DNA of 64,000 bases from Chara braunii (Eukaryota; Plantae; Charophyceae): the NCBI GenBank assembly GCA_003427395.1, contig BFEA01000034.1:727292-791291 (forward strand). The letters run 5' to 3'. Positions 24,801-38,911 of this stretch are shown here, piece after piece (position 1 is the first letter of the stretch; each line of letters starts with the position of its first letter). A program made the position numbers and the translations under genes. Below the pieces are notes generated by a model. The model was not told the origin of the DNA. It saw only the letters and a program-made list of their open reading frames with translations, and searched no databases.

Positions 24801-25933
24801 CATGCCGAAGAAGGTGGGTAGACCCAAATCCAAAGATGAGATATTGAGGCGTGGGTGAGAGACGAAAGTGATCACCAACTATCCCTTAAGCCTAGAGGAA
24901 GGAGATGGCTATCGTGGATCGAACATGGCGTTTGGAAAATGAGCCATCTGTGGAATGAGGAGAAAAAGGACTGGGTGACAGATCAGGAACTGGCATCTCA
25001 ACTGCATCCCAAAAGGCTGGAAGGAGCTGTTGAGCAAAACCTCAACATGGAAATCGGGTGAATGGAAAGTGAAGGTGCAGGAGTTAACCCCATTAAAGGC
25101 CTATCAATTCTCCCATAAACAGCAAGGGTCGGATACTCTTTCCCAATTACCACTTCCACGCAAGGCCTCCCAACTATCCTGAATGAGGAGGTGGAAAGAA
25201 CAGTCCTAAACACTTTTGTTCTCAGATAAGTAAGAGTGTTGGGATCGTGGCGAAAAACGATATTCAGAATAGATTCGGCGATTCAAGATCTGGAATTTGA
25301 TCCAGCAGAGTGGGCTTGGATACCAGATAGAAGCAGAAGTCTCAAAATGAGCGTCCCCACCCAGGAATACACAGTCAAACTGGGATACAACTTACTCCTC
25401 AAAACGAAGGATCCTGAACCAACAATCAAGAATAGAGGCAGAAGTTATTAGGCCAAAACGCTGGTCTGATCCCACAAGTACCATGGAAAAAATTCAAATC
25501 AATCCATCCAGTCAAAATCAGAAGCCTCCAATGGCTCATCTCTTACGTGGCTCTACCGGCTAATCAGTGGCTGCATATCAGAAGAAGTAAGAATGACCCC
25601 AACAGTTCAGAATAATGTGCAGTTTGTTCAGAAAATGAACCAGAAGATATGCTACATTGCCTGATACGCTGTAGAGAGGCGACGGAATACTGGGCGAGGG
25701 CCTCGAACATCTGGGATTCCCTCTTCTCGATCCCCCTCCCTGAGCACCCCATCCAACTTCTTCTATGGACTAGCATCCCAGCTCAATTCCACAAGACACA
25801 GAGAACATGGTTCGGAATGATCAGAAAGGTGACGCTGTGGTCCATATGGAAGGAAAGGTGCTACAGAACCATTGAGGGGCTCTCAACTCCAACGGAGAAG
25901 GTATGGGCGGACAAGGGCCTTGATCCAGGCTGA
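21826..25933 (+). pseudogene. LINE ORF2 pseudogene (APE endonuclease - reverse transcriptase - zinc finger)
   Basis: Endonuclease: SWNINGL, DIILLQE, GTAILI, ILAGDWN, IDY. RT: KSPRIDGL, NYRPISLL, QIGFIRGRYILDNV, FENAYDQVNW, VRQADPLAP, MFADDL, KINWKKT, GGLGI. Zinc finger: CAVC..EPEDMLHCLIRC. Confidence 0.92.
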
Positions 25934-28467
25934 GATTCTCTGCAAGTGGCATAAGACGAGACATTCCATGCCAGATGACAAAGAGCAACGGAGAAGAATC
26001 AAGGCAAAATTCACTAAGCGGTAGCTCATAGGGGGCAAAGTCATGACCTTCGCATACGGTGGAAAGACTGGCACAACTCAGAAGCAAGGTGGAAAAGGCA
26101 GAGATCCCAGCCAGCAGATGGACAACACCCATCACTTGAAGGGCAATTTCTGAGATTACATCCTACGCAGTTTCTTCTACCTTTCTTGCTCTTTATTTTT
26201 ATCTGACAGGCTCATGATGTGGGCCTGAGAGGAAAGGTGGAAGTAAGGCAAGCTGACGGTCAATCCTCCACGATGATGGAGTAATCAATGCTGATCAGGG
26301 GTCCTTTGGCCAGACGGAAGGAAGTGTGAGTGAGGGTCATAATGTAACATTTATTCTGACTTGCCGGTGGAATAGGAACCGGACTGATGCTCCCCAGAAA
26401 AGAAATACAAATAGATGGTGAATAAGAACCCGTAACTCTCACAATTGGACACCAGAGAAGGGTTGCAGTGAAAAGAGGCAAAAGCAGTGCAGAAACAGGA
26501 GACACTGGGAGCAGAATCAGACAGAGTAGAGGTACGTAGGTGTAAAACAAGCTTAAACACACACAGCGGCAGGCTGCCTATGGCCACTTAGTACCTTTGA
26601 GAATACGCTGTAAATGACACAAAGAAAACATACTGCAATCAGGTTTGGGCGACATCATCGGCTTTCAGAGAACGTCCCATCATGACGGACAGAATGTAGC
26701 TTCAGCGTTAGGCAGTGCCATTCTATTTCAACGGCAGGGTGCACATATCGTACACAGTAAGTGTAATGCCATTCTCTATTCTCCAGTCAGATGCATATAA
26801 ACCATGTCGTGATTCATCAGCAGCTTTGCAGACGAGCATGCTAACAACAACAGATATGCTAGGCAAAGCAACCCGACAAATGAATGAAGCTTTGGCATCA
26901 GAACGGGACATTCCCAACAGTCATACGTGGGAGGTAGAAACTGACATACTACGATAATCAGGGCAATCGTGCTATGAACCCCAACAAGCTGTGCATTCAG
27001 GGAGCCTGCAATTCGGTTCTGCTTCCCATTGCATCACAGACTTAGTACAACACTGTAAAACAGGTTATGGGTCTTGGAACATCTACAATGTCTGACCCTA
27101 GCTCAAGAGGCTTAAGGCTAGAAACCTGCACAGGCATTTGAATTCCGGGGCGACCCAATGCCTCTGGAAAAGGAAGTAAGCCAAGTACACATTCTAACGT
27201 AGCTGGACATGATGTTTCAAGGCCGCCGTAAAGAGTAGGCCCACCGTGGAATTTACAAGTCGAGTCGACCAGCACAATGACCGACCACAACGAGATTGCT
27301 AAAAGGGAGGGAGCAGGGGGAGAAAAAAGGACAGGATGGAAGGCAGTGGTCAGGTTTTTGTTCGATGGAGCATATTCAGAGCTCAAATGGATGTCCCAAG
27401 AAATAAGCCCCAGGCACCAACCTGCCACATACAAGAACCCAACCAACGCCACGCATGTCCGGTCCTTGAACGCCTGGCATCCTTCTTACAGAGTTATCAG
27501 TCAAGAGCGCACCACACATAATCTACCGACTCAAAATGCGCAACTTCCCTACAACATCACAAAATCAATAAGCAGACACCACAGATTGACATTTGCAACA
27601 CCTTGGACACCAGTCTACCTACTATGGACACGGAACTACCTAAACGATCACAACATTAAGACATAGATCCCACAGACAGATTTTTGCACTTAGCTCGGTC
27701 AGTAAGGAACACAAGTTGCATGCAGGAAGTATTCAAGCATCGGGAGATATCTGATAGACTGCATCAGCCGAGCAGTATCAGGATCTTAGCCAATATTGTC
27801 GGGTATCCAACACTCTTGGCTTTTAAAGGCCATTCAATTAATGAATGGGGTGAGCGACGGCACAGCGACAATAGAGCTCAGTGCTTGTAGTGCTAGAGTT
27901 GGCTAGAGCTCAGTGCTTGTAGCGCTAGAGTTGGCTAGTGCTCAGCGCTAGCGTTGCCGGTGGTTCCCTGCTATCGTCTCCTGCCCATGCTCACTTTGAC
28001 ACCTTGCACTCCAGGAGAGTTCACATTTCGGACCTCCACACCTTGGGCACTTTCAACCTGGTTAATAGCTATATGATATATGTATATGACATACACATGA
28101 CATGCCTACGTAAGGGCCGTTTTATTACAGTAACCACCAGAATTCCTGTCCAGAACCTATATAATATAGACCTAGGACATATATATTGTCACAAGAATAT
28201 CAGAGCCCAAAAGCGAAAAAGAAAAAGAAAGAAAGAAAGAAAAACAAAAAAAATGAATTCATTTTTTTATCTTCTTCCTTATAACTCCCCCTGTTCAGAA
28301 CCTCTTGCGTACAAAGCCGCCCACGTGGATGTAGGTTGAGCGGGACACATATATAACATGAAAGTGCCGCCATGCATGCGCCGGGAAGTGCTGAGATGAT
28401 GGGGCCTGCCGCGCCGGGCGAAATTCATTCCGAGTGAACCGTCGGGGCACTGTAGCAATGGCGGGCA

Positions 28468-29531
28468 TGTTAGCGGCCGCTCTTCTTGGAAGTACTCGTG
28501 GTTTAAGGGCCCGTTTGCAACAGTTTTCAACCTGTGTTTTTCTGGGCAGGGCCCTACACATTGCACAGCATCACTGCCATACTCCACTATGCATATAACG
28601 TAATAACACTAATGGAGCCCCATTCACATTTCTACCCTCAAAATTGCCTTTCTTTCGCCTTTTTACAAGCTATTTTGTTTTACCCATGGTACAACCCGAT
28701 AACGGGAAGAGTTGGTGACTTCAATTTTTGGCTTGTGAGAGAGACGCAGCTGCGGCTGGGCAAAATACGACAGTTTGGACACGGATGGGGTACCGGTAAG
28801 ACTTTGGTTATAGATGTCATCCTCTGATCTAACGACCGAGGACTGAGGTGACCTGGCCATGAGAACACGAGATAAGTACCAACCCACAGAAATTAGGTCG
28901 GCCCCTCAACGCCTTGGGAACTCCAGCACTATGTGTGGCTACTTACCGTATGATGCCTTTTCCCGATACTGTAAGTTCAGAAAAAGCCTCTCCTGCTGCA
29001 CCCACTTGTATGTCACATTGCCCCTAAAACGGGTAAGACTTCGTTTCTACTTGTGGCCCTCTGATCTAACTACTGCGAACAGATGTGACTTGCGTGCGTG
29101 TAACAAGATTAATAACTACTGCGGACAGATGTGACTAACCCATGCATAGCAGATTAATCTCGCCCTTCCCGATTTAGTTCAACCCACAGAATTCACAGTG
29201 GCTCCTCAACGCCTTGGGCACTCAAAAAGTTTCCGGGCCTCTCAACGTCTCCCCTCAACGCCTTGGGAACTTGTGTTCCGTACAGAGCCTTTGCCAAAGA
29301 GGCGCCTGCCGTCACTCCCTTACTTTCTGTTCCTAGAGCTTGAGGGGATGGCCACTTTTGTTTCATAACGATTTCTATTCTAGATGGCCAGCTGACACTT
29401 CTCCACCTGCCCCAATGGCTGCACTGCACATGATTTTCTTCTCCGTCCAGCTCATCGTTCAGTACTTCCCCCCAGTCCCTTTCGATCCACTGAAAGATTC
29501 TCCGGATAATCCCCCTACTTGTTGCTCGCCC

Positions 29532-29612
<81 letters not shown>

Positions 29613-30489
29613 GGAGCCCACACAGGAGGAGAAGGGGAGCAAAAGACGGGCAACGTGGAAAGGCAAGAGTTCACAGCCTGAGAAAAGACCAACACCAGGC
29701 AAACATCAAACAGCCGTGGTCCATAACGCTACCGGTAGTTCCTCGAAAGTAGAGAAATCGGCAGGTACCGGGATAACATACGCAGACTTCACACCTGAAA
29801 TTTTATGCGCGGGTGAGCAGAATGCCAGTGCGCTTCAGGGTTCAGGTCGCCCCCTCACTGGTCGGGCACGCGCGAGGTGTCAGCCAGTCTGTACAGTTTT
29901 GTTTTGAAGTGCTGGACCCACGGCGAGGCACACTCTCACCGCCAAACTGTACTATTCCCAACACCTCTTTTATAATCCGGTACGATCGTCGATCTTCGCT
30001 ATGGGCATTGGGTGGTTTCGCGGAATATGCGGCTACAGATTAGGAATTCATACATGCAGACTCCACTGCCCGCAACTCCACGAGTCTGTGGAGAGCTGCT
30101 CCACAGTTCCGGACGGACTCGAGCCCCGAATTGTCAATGGAGTGTCATAGCTATGAGCTGTCGTGTACACTTCCGGATGAAATCAGAAGCCCAAAAAATA
30201 GAATAGAGATTAGACTCGAGTTTTGCACGGCAGTCAGAACCGGGATTTGTACGGAGAATGTAGTACTCCCGCGTTTGGTCCGGCGTTCATCCGGATTGCT
30301 GGACGACGTTCGTGGACTACTTCAGTACCTTCTACCTATTGTCTTCATGCCCAGCTTCAGAAACGACAGCACGGCCCTAACTCTATCAATGAGCGCGCTC
30401 TGAGAGCCAAGCACATTCCAAATTTAGCAGCAAGCATTTCGACCGGATTCGCCCGAGTTTAAGCCCGGGCCGGAATCTAGCTGCTAACA
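28468..30489 (-). mobile_element. Possible ~2-kb LTR
   Basis: TGTTAGC...GCTAACA inverted termini, minus-strand TATAAAAG near 29970, internal CCCCTCAACGCCTTGGG repeats and a (CT)n(CA)n tract; no TSD or PBS found. Confidence 0.4.
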
Positions 30490-30958
30490 TCCCAAGGTCG
30501 CCTTCCATCCCGAGTAAAGTCCAGCATCTTTTTGGAATCTCGCCCAGATACTCGGCCTCCAATGTTCAGACCGCCGACTTCCCTTCTTGGAATGTTAATC
30601 CCGCCTTCGATCTCAAGTAAACTCCCGCGCATTATACCCAAACCGTGTCCCATGTTCGGGTCCAACTGGTGTCACGACGGTAAGTCATCCTTCCAAGTGG
30701 GAGGAATCCACCAGGATTCCTATCATAAGTCCTCCAAGCTTAGTCAGCTTCGCATCCTCCGCCAGCAGACCGCTACTGAACTCGGTTGTCCATTTCTTCC
30801 CACAGTCACATGTCACTTCAGTCTTCGTCACCCGGCTTGCCGAATCATATGTGCAACGCCTTGGTTGTCCATCATTCAGGCTCCCTAAGACGTCAAATCC
30901 GCAGCTCTCACTCATAGGACATAATGATGAACGCAATCCGTCCATGATCCACTTGCAT

Positions 30959-31007
<49 letters not shown>

Positions 31008-31304
31008 GCGTGTAAGCACAAACATTCATCGTCTGCTTTTGCCACCAGGAGAGAACCCATCTCCACATCATAGCCAGCGGATTCGTGAAACGAACATAGA
31101 CGAGTGAAGGTTATCTTCCGGCGAAGGGGCGAGGGTTTGCCGCCAGAGAGGTCGGATACATACCCATGAGGAAAATGACCTCCCAAATTCAGGAACAAAA
31201 TGGGTGTCGATACTTACGACGGGGCACAATGCCAGACGAGCTGCAACACCTTCCTTTCCTCCAACCGAGGGTCGCGCACAGTTTTGGTTCGACGAACCAA
31301 CAGA

Positions 31305-31582
31305 TCGGCTTCACCGATCAGACAAAACAAGTTCTCTTTTCCCCAACACAACCGATCATGACACGACCGCAGTGACAGACACTATCAAAGACACAATTCC
31401 GCCATCATACATGTTACATATCTGAGAGAAGTTTATCAATGCTTCGGCTTCACCGATCAGACAAAACAAGTTCTCTTTTCCCCAACACAACCGATCATGA
31501 CACGACCGCAGTGACAGACACTATCAAAGACATAATTCCGCCATTATACATGTTACATATCTGAGAGAAGTTTATCAATGCT
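31305..31582. repeat. Near-identical 139-bp tandem duplication
   Basis: TCGGCTTCACCGATCAGAC...GTTTATCAATGCT at 31305 and 31444. Confidence 0.92.
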
Positions 31583-31869
31583 TTCTCATCACTGAAAATC
31601 CATAATTGTCCGACCGACCACCTTGAAATCTAAGACCAGAAAGGTCAGGCCGTCTACCTGCCTGATAAGCCTTACGTTACGCTGAACCAGGCAGGCACTG
31701 AACCAGGCAGGCGGGCACAAAACCCTGAATGTAGGGAACCTTGAAACGCAACTACAACGAGAACGATTCCTTGTTTCTGATAGAAGAAGCCTCATCCCCA
31801 AGCCCCTTCTTCCCACTTTCACTCGTTATTGCCCTCTCGATCGATGACAACGAAGAATTATCCACCTAC

Positions 31870-31942
31870 CCTATCGTCGTGATAAAGCTCGTCGTGAAAG
31901 AGTCATCGGAGAAACGAAGAAGAAGACAACTCTTGCCGACAC
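31870..31942 (-). CDS. RABE1: RabE1 coding exon 2 ([25 protein letters not shown])
   Basis: TGCAG acceptor and GTAGG donor; 73 nt; completes the P-loop GDSGVGKS and the effector loop FITTIG; phase matches exons 1 and 3. Confidence 0.96.
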
Positions 31943-34900
31943 CTGCACCCATGCAAACACATGTAGAGATAACGAAAGAAACAGCACAGCCATCCAATCC
32001 AACAAGGCCAATATATTAACCGCCAACACGTTTCATGCTTCTCGCAAAGCGCAGAGAAGGCAACACAAAAGGAGAATTCATCAACAGGAAAGCCAAGGAG
32101 GTGAGGAAGGAGCGCAGGGCAGGGAGCAAAGGGAGGCGGCCAACACGTAGCAAGGCAGTCCTCTCCCTGCCGCGAAGAGGACCAGAGAAATGACCGAAAA
32201 ATAGAAATAGAAAATTTACGAAAAGACTATGCAAGAGTTTTGGAACCGTCCCACACATACATCATGCGCGTTCGTCTTTGCTTTGTCACCAAACCTACCG
32301 ACTACCAACGAAAGAGCCCATGCGTTTCGATATCATCATAGCTGAGACGAATGCCGCCTCTCACAAAGGCCGGTTAGCGTTCAACCAAGAGGAGGAAAAA
32401 GAGAGATACATAATCACGAGCACACTCGATAAATGTTCCCTTTCGGCAAGGCGGACGTACCCCGATCGGATGGCATAACGTTCCAGTGAATCCACCTCGG
32501 CGTTGAGAAACACCTTCCGATGTACGCCTTTGACAAACTCAAACCCCCAATGACCATTCAGCCCCGTTACAACTAGTCCGCGTGACGCCGACAGGTAAAC
32601 AGCAGGCAATTCAGCCACGGCCAGTTGCTGGCCGGCACAAGGTCAGCCAGAAGACAAGACCAGAGAAAGGACAATACCGCAGAGCGGACTACTGGAATAA
32701 GCATGTGAAATACGAGACGTCGTGCTGCTGAGGAAAAGCATGGACAACGAGATAAAGACGAGGGCACTTCGAAAACCATTCAGTGATTGTGGAACGCATG
32801 ATACCGAATTCGCTACCGAGCGCCCTTATCACGCGCGCTGCTCTAAGATCTCAATTAAGACTGGTCCAATGAGTGAAAAAAGGATGCAACGGGGGAGGAG
32901 AGGGGCAAAGGAGTGCAAAGAGGGAAGAGGGAGGGTGGGGAAGGAGTGGGTAAACGAGGAGAGAACAAGGAGAACCGAGGGAAGAAAGGGGGGGGAGAAG
33001 GGGACGAGAAGCGCGGGGGAGTAGGGGAAGGAGAAGGACGAATGGGAGAGAAGCGCCGAAGAGGTCACGAGAAGAGGGAGGAGGAAAGAGAAACTGCGGG
33101 AAAGCAGCCAGGGAGGAGAGAAGACAGGAAGTGACCAGGGAGGAGTGAAGACAGCACGGGAAGCAGGGGATGAACAAAGGAGTGTAGAACACGAGGACAG
33201 GAGGGAAACAGAGGGAGAGAGGGAAAGAGAGAGAAACGGGTGAAAACAAGCGAAAAGAGGGGAAAGAGGGGGTAAGGGGGCGCGGGGAAGGATCAAGGAG
33301 AGGGTAAGCGAGGATTCTGAAAAGAAGTAGAAAGTGGATAAGGTAGCCGCAAGGAGGAGGTGGGAAAAGGGAGCGAGACGGGAAAAGAAGAAGATGGGGG
33401 ATGGGAACCGATTTGATGACCGAGCCAGGAACGAGAGGAGAAAAGAGCACAAGACGCCGGCGAAAGGGACGCTGCCATCAGCCCAAGACAAACTAGGGGA
33501 TCAGCACAATTACGAGGCCCGCAGATCAATGTGGGAGCGGAGTCGTCAGAGGAGTAGAGAAGGCGCGGTGAAGAGGAACACGGCATTCTGAGACACCAAG
33601 AGCCAGAGGGCGCAGAGAATAACAAACAAACAGACGGGCAATGAAAATGAGAGGCGACTGAGGGCGGCAGCCACAAAACATCGATCATGACTGTTTGCTT
33701 ATTTGCACCGCTTACGAACCATGGACGAACTTATGAAGGAACAGAAATCATAGGAAAATAGGGAAAGTGCGTCCGGAGACAAAAAGACGGCTGAGTAGAG
33801 AAGATACAAGAAGCCTACGCGGCAAGGCAAATCAAGTGATGACGACGACCCAATGAGTCGAAGAGCGCGTTGACGGATGACAGACTTCGAGAAACGGTAT
33901 GACGAAGGAGAATGGGCCGGAAGTCCTACGGTAAAACCAAGGCCAGCAGGCAAACTCGTGGACGACGTCACGGATTTTAACACACGCACAATTGAGAGGG
34001 GTGGAACGACGGCGAAAACGGAAGGGCGGACTGATTGACACTGAGAACGAAGATATCTGGTTAGATTGGGAAAGGCGGGCCGAGAATGAAAACTAGGGTA
34101 ACCGTGGGGGAGTGGCGGACAGGAGATGAAGAGAAATCGAGAAATAATGGTCAATGCACCCGGCAAATGTGAACGGACAAGATCGGGACCGAGTTTGTTA
34201 CTTCGTCCGAAGGCAGCCCCATCCACCTTTTTCCAACTAGCAAATGACACGGCTTCGCTCACCTTCTCATCTTCAGCCGCAAACCCCATCCGCGTTCCTC
34301 CGTTCGCCACTCACGACACCCAATCCCCGCCGCCTTCCTCCCCTACCCGTGCCTTCTCCTGTCACTCTCCCTCAGTCAACTATGTGACTGACGCTCTACC
34401 TCCTTATACCCGTAGCTCACAGCAGATGCCACAACGCTTGCCAAAACCAAATCCGGACGAAAGATACAGGGACGGACAGTGTATGCGAACCATTCGCCGC
34501 TGCCTACTCTCTCGCGCAGATTGCTCATGAGCGCTACTCGATAGCGTGGGAAGACAAGGCCGATGGCCACCGATGATTAGAAGACGACAGTAAATCATCA
34601 ACATGCAGGACAAAAGCCGGAGCTTTATACGATAAGACCAAAAGTAGACCGCAAGGGGTGAAGCTCAAAAGGAGGTGGGGGAAAACGAAGAGAGAGCGCG
34701 AGCAGACGGGGAAAAAGGTAGGAGAGCACGAGAAAAAAAGGAGCAGACAAGAGCGCAACTAGAGCGCGAGAAGAGAAGCGAGGGATCACGGCCGGGGATA
34801 CTACGGAGGACAACGTCGACATATATTCGAAATATCGGCCAACAGCAAACTCTTCGCCGCGATGCAACATACATCTTACTTCGACAACTTTGTACGACAG

Positions 34901-35056
34901 CGTCGTGCCCTTTTCCCAAGCCGCTAAGCATGGCGCCCGCCAACGACCATGATGAAATCCGTAAGGTACACCTGATCCCGTCGACTACAAAAGATGGAAA
35001 TCCAACCCGAAAGAACTGAAAATAAGGTTTGTCAGGTGGATCTTCAAGTGACTTAC

Positions 35057-35129
35057 CGCTGTCGCCGATGAGGAGCAGCTTGATGAGATAGTCATAATCG
35101 GCCCTCGCTCTACTCGCGGCAGCCGCCAT
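35057..35129 (-). CDS. RABE1: RabE1/Rab8-family small GTPase, coding exon 1 (MAAAASRARADYDYLIKLLLIGDS-G)
   Basis: ATG at 35129; N-terminus matches plant RabE (ARADYDYLIKLLLIGDSG); 73 nt ending in phase 1 at a canonical G|GTAAGT donor. Confidence 0.96.
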
Positions 35130-35277
35130 CGTCGAGTTTGAAAGACGCGCAACAGAGGAAAGATTTCCCCACTGTCACTTTCCACCTCGCCTCCCACTTC
35201 CTGCCCACTTCTACTTGCCTCGTTCGCGACAGACCTTCAACAACTGACAGACCGACCCGTTCCCGTTCCCTCCCCCC

Positions 35278-35280
<3 letters not shown>

Positions 35281-35332
<52 letters not shown>
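35281..35332 (-). repeat. (GA)n tract ~150 bp upstream of the RabE start codon (5' UTR or promoter region)
   Basis: Visible dinucleotide run; GA tracts are common in plant 5' regions. A regulatory role is not shown. Confidence 0.8.
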
Positions 35333-35336
<4 letters not shown>

Positions 35337-38110
35337 CCCACCACTAGACCGGAACGATGGACGCTTTTCGCACTGACCTCAAGGAGAAGACTCCTGGGTG
35401 AGGTGAAGGTGGGGGGCGGGGGGCGATTGTACGACAAACTCGCCGTAGGCGAACATATGGAAGCCAGGCAGCACCCTCCAATTCAGGGGCCGTCCTCGAT
35501 ATAATACACTCAACGACCCATTTCGTGATCGCCTGGCGTTCGGCTCTCCCGTCAAGGACGCCGGTTCCCGCCAACAACGACAGCAGAACAGCAAAACCGG
35601 CCGGGCTCAATCACAACGCCTCGCCCGCATAATGACCTTTCAATACGGGCAAATGAATAGAGACCAGAAAACGCCGCGAAGGCCGAGTGAGGTCGAACGA
35701 GGACGAACGAGGACGGACGGGAAGGCAACACTGTCCCCAGCCCGACAAAAGGCAACAGGGAAGACGGGCGAGCAGAAGCTCTGACGACCGCAACCCACTC
35801 TCGGCTGTTCGAGGAGGCAAATTCCCGCCAACGAATGAAAAGGTCGCGCAAACCGTTAGGAAACGAAAGTGTCTATGCAACCCGAAGGCTGCGCTTGGCT
35901 TGTCCAGAGGGGTTTGTCTGCTCGTTTACTGACGGGTTTCCCAAGTTGGGTTGTCCACCGCGGGAGAATTTGGGGTTCGGGCCGACCGCGGGAGAACGAG
36001 GGGTTCGGGTCGACCGCGGGAGAACGCGAAGTGCGGGATGGCGAATGGGCGCTGGAAAGGCTTTATTATGGGGTGTTCGCAGCCCATTGGCTGCGCTGTC
36101 CCTCGCAGTTCGCAGCCAGGAGGATGCCCTTGTATTGGTTGCGTTTTGTCGTGTATGGTGGGCGTTTTCCATTTCGGGGATGTCGTGGGTTGGGAGGGGT
36201 ATAGAGGGCGTGGTTAGGTGCAAAAGAAGGGCTACGGTCCTTGTTCCAATACCGACTGTTGGCAGGCAGCACTGGTACTGGTATACCGCGGTAGTGCAGC
36301 CCGGACGACAAAAGGGCAGCTGTCCTGGTGGTCCCGAAGGAGCCATGTTTTAGCTGGGGCCTCAAACGGGGCAGGTTTATAGGCCATACGGAAAATGCAC
36401 ATACAAAAGTGCATTGGGGATGGTGAGAGGACAGTAACATGTGCAAGATGCGTGCCACCTACACCCAAGGCAACAAGAGATATTAGAGCGGAGATGCAGG
36501 TATAATCCTTCTCCCCTCTCTGGGACTCTTTCACTAAGGTTGACTGGGTAACTACGTTCTGACGCCCAACCTCATGCCCAGCGCGACTTCCTGATCAAAG
36601 TGTGAGTGGGCTTGGAAGTGATAAAAGGGGGTGTGCCAAGGATTTTAGGAAAGTGGGGGTGGAGTCCCAGGTCGGAACTGAGATCTCTTGTGGCAAGCTC
36701 CGAAATACGAATGCAGGAGGGTAGGCGTGGACTGGAGTTTTGTTTTGCTTCGGGGAACAGAGCTACCGCCTCCGTTGGTTTCGTCGTCCGGCTCGGGGTC
36801 GTATCTGGTGAACCATCGGGACGCTACGGGTATCCCGTTGATTCGTCACCTGCTGACGTCGAACGTTGCAAGTCTTCGAATCCGACGCAGCTGCCCTCAA
36901 TCGAAGACTGCGCGCATGTCGCGCTTCCTCCGAACGAGTTCGCCAGATGAAGTCGGAGGCTCGATACTCGTGGTCCCGCAAACACTCTGAGCATAGGGGT
37001 TGCAGCCAGTAACGAGCGATTGCGAGACAGGGGACGATGGTTAGGGAGTGGTAAAGTAGGATGTGGTGATAGAGAGGGAATTCGGTCCCTAAGATAATGA
37101 TTTTGGGCCCCCTGAGGACGTGACACGTGTATGGGCTACAGTAACTGGGGAGATGAGGGTTACGTCCCAAGGCTTGGTTGAGGTCCCACTCGCAAATACG
37201 TTCGTTCCCCGTCAAGTAGGGAAATTTCGAAGGTTCCGCCCAGGGTCGTGCAGGCAAACAAGAGTGCTCCCAATATTCCCATAACTCCCGATCCCTCAAA
37301 CACTCGCGGTCATTGACACGAACGGGAACGCCGAAATTCATGTTGCAAGTCGGGGTGGAACACCAACCATTCAGGAACTTAGTCGAGTTCAGGTTTCGCA
37401 GACGCGTGTGTCGGCAGCGATCGTCTTTGGTCGAGCCTACACGTGCATGCGTGGGACCTGTCCTTCGATCAGATGGGTGAAAGTTAGCGATTCGAGAGAT
37501 GGATCATCCTATAGTAAGATGGTCATCTAATCGTCTAACATGCTTATCCAATTCATACACGAACAGAATCACGCCTATCATTCATGCATCTAGCTTACAT
37601 ACAAACAGAAAGAATCGAGGATCATGCAACAATTCTTTGGCCAATCTGCCCAGAGATCACACAAGGCTCGATCGTCGGGAACCAATCAATCAAATTTTGC
37701 CGATTCAAAAAACAAAGACGGGGAGTGGTGAAAAACAATCCATATGTCAGTCTTCGAAGAAAGAAAGCAAGGAAAAAGAAAAATTTGAGATGCTGATAAA
37801 AAAGAAGGACGAGGCGATTGACGCCGAATACCAAAATTGCTTAGAAGGATCGAAGAGAACCATCACCACAACTCATCCCGTGTCTCTCTTTCTCTCTCTC
37901 TACAACATCCCGGTGTAGGTAGTCCATCACCTCGCACCTACACATAGTTGTCACCCCGCTTAGTCCGAACATGCCAGCCAGGTTCGCCCATGTGCCACAG
38001 TCCATCGCGGCCCCACGTCACCCCCACATGCCCAGCACGAGCTCGTCGCATCGGCCAACTCTCTGCTCACCTTCCAAATCTCGTTTGTTAGTCGATCCTC
38101 TTGACCTCGC

Positions 38111-38408
38111 TATCGGGCGCGACGGTCCCACACCCAGACGTAAAGTATTTTTTTTTTTGTCGGACCTCACGGTCGCATCACGCAGGAGTTTTAAACGATT
38201 CAATAAAAGACCAATTCTGACCGTGCGTGCCAGCTATACCTCTCACATCGTTAACTTTCCTTTTTCCCGACTGTATTCAGCCAGCTGTAGCAGCAAAAAA
38301 CTCTGAATGTACCTTGTCGCAAACGGCGGCCAGGTTAATTCAATTTGATCATTGAGTATTCTCCATTCCCATTTTTCGACTCCTCCCCCTTTTCTCCACC
38401 TCCTACTG

Positions 38409-38449
<41 letters not shown>

Positions 38450-38876
38450 TGTATGCGGTAGTATATATATCCACGTTCTAGCGGTAGATTCATTCGATTT
38501 TATTTTTATTTATTTATTTATTTAATTTTATTTTATTTATCCTATCGATGGAAGTACCATGAGGTAAGCCGTGAGATTGAAGGCTTACCTGTTCTCTCTT
38601 CGTCGTCGCCGTCATCATCGTCGTCGGTCTTCGCCGTCAATCTTCGTCGACGTCGTCAGCGTCGTCAGTATTCGTCGTCGTCGTCAGCATCGTCAGTCTT
38701 CATCGTCGTCGTCGTCAGCGTCGTCAGCGTCGTTTTTTTCCTTCCACTTTCCCCTCGTTCTCTCTCTCCCCCTCCTTCTCCTTCTTCTCATTCTTCTCCT
38801 CCCTCAAAATTATAAGGTTCAATGAACTTTCCACAACACCCCCTGCGGCACACTGCCGAGATCACCGTGATCCAGT

Positions 38877-38911
<35 letters not shown>

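Larger units (their letters stand above)
19560..26140 (+). mobile_element. Decayed L1-clade LINE, antisense within RabE intron 2 (boundaries approximate)
   Basis: ORF1-like charged region followed by APE endonuclease, RT and a C-terminal zinc-finger motif; many stops and frameshifts; no poly(A) tail or TSD identified. Confidence 0.9.

Noticed and set aside
32722-33700. 200-220-aa ORFs in RabE intron 1
   Set aside because: Purine/pyrimidine-skewed low-complexity sequence with no recognisable domain.
34665-35056. 154-aa ORF continuing from the RabE ATG
   Set aside because: Only the first 73 nt are exon; the rest is intron read-through past a GTAAGT donor.
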